Source of the DNA: an uncultured Planctomycetia bacterium
GTDB lineage: Bacteria; Omnitrophota; Gorgyraeia; Duberdicusellales; 4484-171
DNA: 64,000 nt
Direction: 5' to 3'
NCBI GenBank assembly: GCA_964455085.1
Contig: CAYVYJ010000004.1
Span: 22,714 to 86,713 of the forward strand
Positions 58,287-64,000 of the stretch are shown here, one piece after another. Below the pieces are notes generated by a model. It was not told the origin of the DNA. It did no database searches and was given only the letters and a program-made list of their open reading frames with translations. The position numbers and the translations under genes are program-made. Position 1 is the stretch's first letter; the number at the start of each line of letters is the position of its first letter.

Positions 58287-60086
58287 TCAAGCGAGTTTAG
58301 CTTTGATCAACCCTCTCACCGAATTCCCCAGATAAATCTTATCGGCCTTTTTAAGGTCTTCCAGGTAGAGAACTTTCTCTTTCGCCTCACCGCTACTTAA
58401 AAGATATTCTCTTAAGACTCCCGGTAAAAGCCCGCTTTTAACTGCTGGGGTATAGAGTGTTCTCCCCTTTAAAATAAAAAGGTTGGTTATTGTACCCTCA
58501 CTTAGTTCGCCCCGCTGGTTTAAAAAAATGGTTTCAAAATATCCTTTGGCCAAGCCTTTCTTTCTCTCCTGATCATAAAAAGCTCTTCTAGTAGTCTTAT
58601 GATAGAGAAAGGAATCATCAGGGTTTACGCTTCTTTTGCTGATTCTTATTTTAGCTGGAGTTTTAATCTCAAGTACAGGTTCTTTTTTGATATTAATATT
58701 TCCTTTTGAGCTCAAAACTAATCTAACTTTTAAATTCCTATTCTCATTCTTTGCTGTCTCCTTTAATTTCTTTTTAATCTCTTTTTCGCTGTAGGGATAA
58801 GAAAAGTACTGGGCGGATTTTCTCAATCTCTTTAAGTGTAAATCCAAAAGATAATAGCCTTTATCTTTATCCCAGAGAATGCTCTCGATAAGACCTATTT
58901 TAATTGTACTATCTTGGAAAAATTTTGCTTTAAGCAGGGCTTCCGCATACTCATCCTTAGCCTTTGAATCATAGACTATTCCTCCGCCGACTCCTAGTTC
59001 TCCCCGGCCCTTTTTAAGCTTAATTGTTCTTATGGCTACATTAAAGCAGCTCCTGCCTTCTGGTGCAATATAGCCGATTGCACCAGTATAGATTCCCCGA
59101 GGTTCTTTCTCCAATCTTTTAATTAATTCAATAGTCTTTATCTTGGGAGCTCCAGTTACTGACCCACAAGGAAAAAGCGAAGAAAATACCTCTTTTAATC
59201 TTAAATTCTTCTTTAGCTTCCCCTCAATGGTTGAGGTCATCTGATAAAGAGTCTTATGCCTCTCGATATTAAACAACTTGGGAGCCCGCACTAACTTAGA
59301 TATCCTTCCTAAGTCGTTGCGCAACAAATCAACAATCATTAAGTTCTCAGCTCTTACCTTTTTACTCACTTTTAAATCAGCTTTCACCTGAGAATCTTCT
59401 TGGTGGGTAACCCCTCTTTTAATTGTCCCCTTCATTGGCCGGGTAATAATCTTCTCCTTATTGATTCTGAAGAATAACTCCGGCGATAAAGAGAGTATTT
59501 GCTCATCGCCGGTGTTAATCAGGGCTGAATAAGCTGTGGGTTGGGCCTGCCTTAATCTTAGGTATAAATTAATCGGGTTGCCGGAAAACTTAAATTTCTC
59601 TTTAAAGGTAAAATTAACCTGATAAGTTAGGCCTTGCTCAAGATAGTGCTTTATCTTCTTTATCTTTTGAGCATACTCTCTTGGGCTAATATTTGGTCTT
59701 ATGTTTTTTACTTCATACCAAGAACCAGATGATGGCAAACAAGAACATTTCTGGTTGATCTTTTCCTTGCTACTTATCTCTATGGGTTTATTACACACCC
59801 CAACCCAAGCTAAAGGAGTTTTGCTCTTTCTTCTTAAAAGTCGATGTGCTTCTTCTAAGAAATATCCAAATTCATAAGAAAAATATCCAGCCAGCCAATA
59901 CCCGTGATCAGAATAGTTCTCTAATTGCTTAAAGAATAGATTAAGATTATCATTAGGCTTAAAGGTAAGGACAGTTTTAAATTTAGCAAATAAAAAAGAA
60001 GTGTTGTTCTCGGAGTCACAACTTAAAGTTTCCAGAAAAATATAGGGGGGGGTTAAACTCTTAAGGTAGTTGAGTGGGTAACTCAT
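58287..60086 (-). CDS. pabB: Fused aminodeoxychorismate synthase component I and ADC lyase-like (class IV PLP) domain; start moved to 60086
   Basis: YQVN, SPELFF, RPMKGT, AENLMIVDLLRNDL, GSVTGAPK; C-terminal HKTT, EGTITN, GLLPGV, NSVRG. ATGA overlap with the mutM stop. Confidence 0.9.
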   Translation of the reverse strand: MSYPLNYLKSLTPPYIFLETLSCDSENNTSFLFAKFKTVLTFKPNDNLNLFFKQLENYSDHGYWLAGYFSYEFGYFLEEAHRLLRRKSKTPLAWVGVCNKPIEISSKEKINQKCSCLPSSGSWYEVKNIRPNISPREYAQKIKKIKHYLEQGLTYQVNFTFKEKFKFSGNPINLYLRLRQAQPTAYSALINTGDEQILSLSPELFFRINKEKIITRPMKGTIKRGVTHQEDSQVKADLKVSKKVRAENLMIVDLLRNDLGRISKLVRAPKLFNIERHKTLYQMTSTIEGKLKKNLRLKEVFSSLFPCGSVTGAPKIKTIELIKRLEKEPRGIYTGAIGYIAPEGRSCFNVAIRTIKLKKGRGELGVGGGIVYDSKAKDEYAEALLKAKFFQDSTIKIGLIESILWDKDKGYYLLDLHLKRLRKSAQYFSYPYSEKEIKKKLKETAKNENRNLKVRLVLSSKGNINIKKEPVLEIKTPAKIRISKRSVNPDDSFLYHKTTRRAFYDQERKKGLAKGYFETIFLNQRGELSEGTITNLFILKGRTLYTPAVKSGLLPGVLREYLLSSGEAKEKVLYLEDLKKADKIYLGNSVRGLIKAKLA

Positions 60087-60883
60087 CTCTGACAATGAGG
60101 ACAAAAGCAAGTCCCTCGCCCGCCCAAGGATATCTTGGCTATTGGCCTCTGGCAGACAGGACAAGGTTGATTCTTGCGGGCGTAAACTTTTAACCGCTTC
60201 TCCATACCGCCCCTGTCTCCTCCCAGATCCCGGTAGGAATCAACTGATGAACCCTTATACTTTATAGCTTCCTTTAGTACTGATACTACCTTCTGATAGA
60301 GAAGCTTAATCTCTCCTTCTCCTAAGCTATTAGCGGCTCGTCTGGGGTCAATCTTAGCTAAAAACAAAGCTTCTTGAGCGTAAATATTGCCTAAACCGGA
60401 AATTAAGGTTTGATCGAGAAGCAGGGCTTTTATTCTGGTCTTACGCGATTTTAAAATCGTCTTGAATTCAAGATAGCTGATGTCCAAAGCTTCTTTGCCT
60501 AAGGCTTTTATGAATTTTAAATCTCGGTAGTCGCTGCGTAACCTCAACTCTCCTAATAACCGGGAATCCATATAATTTAAGACTCTACCGTCAGAGAACC
60601 GAAAGATGACCCGGGCTCTTGAGTCTTCCTGGCCATAGAGAAGCCAGCCGGAAATTCTTAAATGGACAATCAGAAACCTGTCTTGGTTTAATTTAAGGAT
60701 TAGGAGCTTAGCTCGGCGGATGACTGCAGTAACCTTCCCACCAATTAACCCCTTTCGAAAACTAGCCACTGCCGGCTCTTTAATAACTTTACTCTTGATA
60801 ATCTTAACATCAACAATTTCTTTGTTGATAATTGCTGTTTCCAAATCCCGTTTTATAGTCTCAACCTCAGGTAATTCCGGCAT
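60083..60883 (-). CDS. mutM: Formamidopyrimidine-DNA glycosylase
   Basis: MPELPEVE, RRAK, GLGNIYA, C-terminal CPVC...CPHCQ zinc finger. Confidence 0.96.
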   Translation of the reverse strand: MPELPEVETIKRDLETAIINKEIVDVKIIKSKVIKEPAVASFRKGLIGGKVTAVIRRAKLLILKLNQDRFLIVHLRISGWLLYGQEDSRARVIFRFSDGRVLNYMDSRLLGELRLRSDYRDLKFIKALGKEALDISYLEFKTILKSRKTRIKALLLDQTLISGLGNIYAQEALFLAKIDPRRAANSLGEGEIKLLYQKVVSVLKEAIKYKGSSVDSYRDLGGDRGGMEKRLKVYARKNQPCPVCQRPIAKISLGGRGTCFCPHCQR

Positions 60884-60899
60884 TTTAGTTCTTATTTCT

Positions 60900-60920
60900 G
60901 GTTGAGGCTAAGCCTCAACC
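60900..60920. repeat. 21-bp palindrome identical to hairpin 1 of element E2
   Basis: GGTTGAGGCTAAGCCTCAACC is also at 35363-35383; here it supplies the TGA stop of the 60915-61145 ORF. Confidence 0.7.
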
Positions 60921-61145
60921 AAGTAGAAAAAAAAGAGTGATCACGATTATTAACAAAATCACTACCCAAGTTACCCCTGAGCTCCTCCCTTCAGGGGTTA
61001 CCGCTTCTCCGCAGTAAAGGCAGAGAGTTGCATCATCAGGGATTGGTTTCTTACACCTAGGACAGGGAATTAGTTTACTAAAATTTAACTCATCTTTTTC
61101 CTCGGAGACACTCTGATAATCAAAATAGCCTTGATCCATGACCAA
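60915..61145 (-). CDS. Zinc-ribbon protein with a C-terminal TM helix
   Basis: CPRC...CLYCG, hydrophobic tail. Confidence 0.7.
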   Translation of the reverse strand: MVMDQGYFDYQSVSEEKDELNFSKLIPCPRCKKPIPDDATLCLYCGEAVTPEGRSSGVTWVVILLIIVITLFFLLG

Positions 61146-61148
61146 CTT

Positions 61149-61667
61149 CTATTTCAAGTGTTTGTAGATTCCTTGATACTCTTCGGTTTTATCAACTCCC
61201 ATAAACATAAGCTGAACTAAACGGGCATTCTGTTTAATATTTATTCCTTGGGGGTTGGAAACTACCAGGATAAACTCTCCCCGGCCTTTGAATCCGGCAT
61301 CCCAGATTCCATTCTGGGTAAGAGCTCCCATCCTCAACAAAGAAGTGCGGCTAAAACCCAGAGCAGCTAAATTATTGGGTAGGTTGACTACTTCATTAGT
61401 TCTTACTTTATAAGCCCCTGGTGAAAGTTCCCACCAGCCATACTTATCCTCTTGGTTCCTCTTCTTAGGCATCAATTCTTTGCCTTGGGGCACTACTCGC
61501 TGGGAATTAGAAAAATCTAAGGCTCCGGCAGAATCAAATTCAAAAACTTTACTGACAGTTAAATCAAAACCATTAGGAGTTAGCTGCTTATCTAAATTAA
61601 TATACTCCTCAACTAAATCTTTCTCTTTGATTAACTGCTTAACCTCTTTTTTATTAAGCATCTCCAA
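61149..61667 (-). CDS. dUTPase / dCTP deaminase family protein (archaeal-type)
   Basis: PNGFDL, SRTSLLRMG, WDAGFKG, ARLVQL, YQGIY. Confidence 0.85.
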   Translation of the reverse strand: MEMLNKKEVKQLIKEKDLVEEYINLDKQLTPNGFDLTVSKVFEFDSAGALDFSNSQRVVPQGKELMPKKRNQEDKYGWWELSPGAYKVRTNEVVNLPNNLAALGFSRTSLLRMGALTQNGIWDAGFKGRGEFILVVSNPQGINIKQNARLVQLMFMGVDKTEEYQGIYKHLK

Positions 61668-62115
61668 CCTTATCCTTAATATAATTGATTGCTGCCTGAG
61701 CTGTCTTTGCCTTTTTGATTCCCTTTATGTCCCAGGTGTCTATCCCCACAATCAGCTTCTCCTCATTAAAGCTAAAAGCGATTTCAGACAAAGTCCCGTA
61801 CTCACCGCTGATTGCAATTATTGCCTTAGCGGCTCTGATTACTAAAATATTTCGAGCATAGCCTAAACCGGTGGGTATCTTTACATCCAGGTACTTATTA
61901 GCATCCTCACCGTCAGAACTGGGGAGAATTCCTACGGTTAAACCGCCTTGGCTTTTTGCCCCCCGACAAGCTGCCTCCATTACTCCTTCTCTGCCGCCGC
62001 AAATTAAGGTCCAACCAGCTTTAGCAATAAGCTCACCTACTTCATAAGCTATTTTGTAAGCTCTTCTTGAAGCCTTATGCCCGCCAACCACAGCAACATT
62101 TATTTTTCCCATCAC
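61654..62115 (-). CDS. TIGR00725 / LOG-like Rossmann-fold protein
   Basis: CGGREGVMEAA, VGILP, ARN, GEYGTLSE. Confidence 0.9.
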   Translation of the reverse strand: MMGKINVAVVGGHKASRRAYKIAYEVGELIAKAGWTLICGGREGVMEAACRGAKSQGGLTVGILPSSDGEDANKYLDVKIPTGLGYARNILVIRAAKAIIAISGEYGTLSEIAFSFNEEKLIVGIDTWDIKGIKKAKTAQAAINYIKDKVGDA

Positions 62116-62152
62116 TCAGCTTATATTAGATAAATGTCCCCGGCAGGAATCG

Positions 62153-62290
62153 TATGCAATCTGCCGCAGGCAGTTGAATTCGAAGAATTCACCCTATTGC
62201 ATCCGATGGCTACCATTGCAATAAGTAAAAACCGTGCCCAACCACAGGCGCCTATAGATTACTAAAAAAGCATGTCCCCGGCAGGAATCG
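62153..62290. mobile_element. 138-bp structured insertion E5, in the T loop of tRNA-Arg
   Basis: Perfect 19-bp direct repeat, 62134-62152 = 62272-62290. Plus strand: G|TA-TGCAAT, CTGCC-GCA-GGCAG, GAATTC-GAA-GAATTC, ATTGCA-TCC. Confidence 0.7.
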
Positions 62291-62344
62291 AACCTGCATT
62301 TTTGGCTCCGGAGGCCAACGCTCTATCCGTTGAGCTACGGGGAC
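62273..62344 (-). tRNA. tRNA-Arg(CCG), CCA not encoded
   Basis: Acceptor stem GTCCCCG/CGGGGAC, anticodon arm TTGGC-CTCCGGA-GCCAA, GGTTCGATTCC. Confidence 0.94.
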
Positions 62345-62368
62345 GTTTTTGAAAAAAAGAGTTAAAAA

Positions 62369-62866
62369 CTATTTAATTAAAGCGGTTTTTAAAAGTGATT
62401 TAAAACACCACTCTAAATAGACATTATCCCCGGTCTTTGATCCCGAAAGATTCCGGGAGAAGACAACTCTTGCCTTTTTCCTCCTTAAGACATTCTCTAA
62501 TTCTCTTAAAGCTTTTTTGCTCCCAGTTCCGGAGCCAAAGGTTAAAAAGCAGGCCACTGTTTTATTATCCAGACCACTCACCTTAGCTAAGTAGCTCCTG
62601 AGAGCCGGGGCATAAGTAAAAGCCCAGACCGGAGAAGCAAAGACAACAAAGTCATACTCACCTAAATCATAGTTAACCTCTAGTAATTTAGGCTTACCTT
62701 TAAGTGCCGCATCAAGACATTGTCTAAGGAAAAGAACTGCTTCTTTTTTAAGTTTTAAATCAATTAAATCTAAAGAACTGCCTAAAGCACCTATCGCTTC
62801 TTTTAAAAATAAACAAGCTTTTCTGGTGTTGCCGCTGAATGAATAAAAAACTACTGCACCCTTCAT
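62369..62866 (-). CDS. Flavodoxin family protein
   Basis: YSFSGNT, ASPVWA, FLTFGSG. Confidence 0.85.
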   Translation of the reverse strand: MKGAVVFYSFSGNTRKACLFLKEAIGALGSSLDLIDLKLKKEAVLFLRQCLDAALKGKPKLLEVNYDLGEYDFVVFASPVWAFTYAPALRSYLAKVSGLDNKTVACFLTFGSGTGSKKALRELENVLRRKKARVVFSRNLSGSKTGDNVYLEWCFKSLLKTALIK

Positions 62867-62868
62867 GG

Positions 62869-64000
62869 TTAAAATAATTTTAGTTGATCTTCGGCCTTCT
62901 CTTCCTGTTTTTTAAAGATTTTAATTATACCATATTCACCGTCATGACCAGGAATTACTTCTAGATTCTTCTCCCTCACCCGTTTTATCCCTTCAGCTAC
63001 TCGCTCGGGCAGCCCGGCGAATAATTCATCTATTGACATCTTATTTAAAATTTTAAACTCCGGCCCTGAGTTATAAACTATGTCTAAATATTCCCTCTCA
63101 ACAGCTTTACTCTGCTTGCCGACACCCTTAACTTCGGCAATTATCTCATCCAAAGAGACCATGCTCTTATAGCCAACGGCGCTCTCAGGAACAAATCCCT
63201 CTTCCCTATCGGCTAACTCCTCGACCCGGCTTAAAACTCCCCGGGTCAGAGACTTCTTACAGACCGGGCAGATCCCCTGATGTTTTTTGCTCTCTTGGGG
63301 GTGAAAATTTATCTTACAATTTCTGTGGCCATCATAGTGGTATTTCCCCTCCTCAGGAAAGAACTCAATGGTATAGAGAAACTTCTCCTTATCTTTTGTC
63401 TCCAAGACTTTTTTTATCTCCTGGTAACTAAGCTGGCAATTAAAAACATTAGCTTCCCGGCCAATCCGGGAAGGCGAGTGTGAATCAGAGTTTGAGATTA
63501 ACGAATACTTATCTAATTTTGAAATCCTCCAGTTCATGACTGGATCAGAACTCAAGCCAGTCTCAAGGGCAGTTATTTTCTCGGTATATTCTCCGTAAGC
63601 AACTTCTAAAGAATCAAAACCGGACTTTGAACCAAAGACTGAAAACCAAGGGGTCCAGATGTGGGCCGGAATCAACATCAAATCGGTTGATATCTTAAAC
63701 AACTCCTCGGCTAACCTCTTGCAACTTAAGCCTAAAATCGGCCGGCCGTCTGAGGCAATATTGCCGTGGGATGAGAGCATTTTATTGATCTCGCCGACTA
63801 CTTCTAAAGAAGGGGCTAAAACTATGTTATGAACCCGGTAGACGCTGCCGTCTTGAGAAAAGATACTTGAGATTTCGGCTGAGGGGATAAACCGAATCCC
63901 TTGGTAAATATACAACCCGCTATTTTTATCCGGCTCTAAGTATCGCTTTAACTCCTGATACCAGAGATGGTGGGTAAAATCCCCGGTTCCCAGAAGATCT
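62869..64000 (-). CDS. Endonuclease Q family (PHP-domain) protein, 5' end off the window
   Basis: The frame stays open to the edge (DLLGTGDFTH). PAHIWTPW, ETGLSSD, SNSDSHS, GREAN, GKYHYDGHRNC, CPVC, PGHDGEYG. Confidence 0.9.
   Translation of the reverse strand, partial: DLLGTGDFTHHLWYQELKRYLEPDKNSGLYIYQGIRFIPSAEISSIFSQDGSVYRVHNIVLAPSLEVVGEINKMLSSHGNIASDGRPILGLSCKRLAEELFKISTDLMLIPAHIWTPWFSVFGSKSGFDSLEVAYGEYTEKITALETGLSSDPVMNWRISKLDKYSLISNSDSHSPSRIGREANVFNCQLSYQEIKKVLETKDKEKFLYTIEFFPEEGKYHYDGHRNCKINFHPQESKKHQGICPVCKKSLTRGVLSRVEELADREEGFVPESAVGYKSMVSLDEIIAEVKGVGKQSKAVEREYLDIVYNSGPEFKILNKMSIDELFAGLPERVAEGIKRVREKNLEVIPGHDGEYGIIKIFKKQEEKAEDQLKLF

Noticed and set aside
60087-60164. N-terminal extension of PabB overlapping mutM
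   Set aside because: The ATGA overlap at 60083-60086 gives a more plausible start.
1-64000. CRISPR array, rRNA, intact transposase or integrase, and the many short antisense ORFs
   Set aside because: I saw no regular repeat-spacer array, rRNA or recombinase motifs. The short opposite-strand ORFs lie within well-supported genes and have no recognisable motifs.

Overview
AT-rich bacterial chromosome segment, almost all coded on the minus strand. Gene content suggests a Candidatus Omnitrophota/PVC-like anaerobe (inference only). The left end (1-8839, continuing off the window) holds an aromatic type II polyketide synthase cluster: acyl-CoA ligase, nucleoside phosphorylase-like, PCP_red-like, ketopantoate-reductase-like, tandem Cys-motif protein, KS-alpha, chain-length factor, ACP, two cyclases and an MFS exporter missed by the ORF track. 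The rest is mostly housekeeping: rlmD, era, tsaD, an S41 protease, gatCAB, rpoD, dnaG, pheST, trk, thrS-infC-rpmI-rplT, a V/A-type ATPase operon, pyrK-pyrD-pyrF, a pabB-pabC fusion, mutM and endonuclease Q. It also has three tRNAs, a probable 6S RNA and a FIST/histidine kinase/REC-GGDEF operon. The most unusual signal is five ORF-less 134-142 bp insertions that share almost no sequence but share one covarying fold. They sit in tRNA ends or at start codons, and each carries a replacement copy of the element it interrupts. Other oddities are a bactofilin-HTH fusion next to an HTH-membrane protein, a PilZ-coiled-coil-glycosidase-like protein, a 28-aa membrane ORF in the trk operon and several small palindromic repeats.
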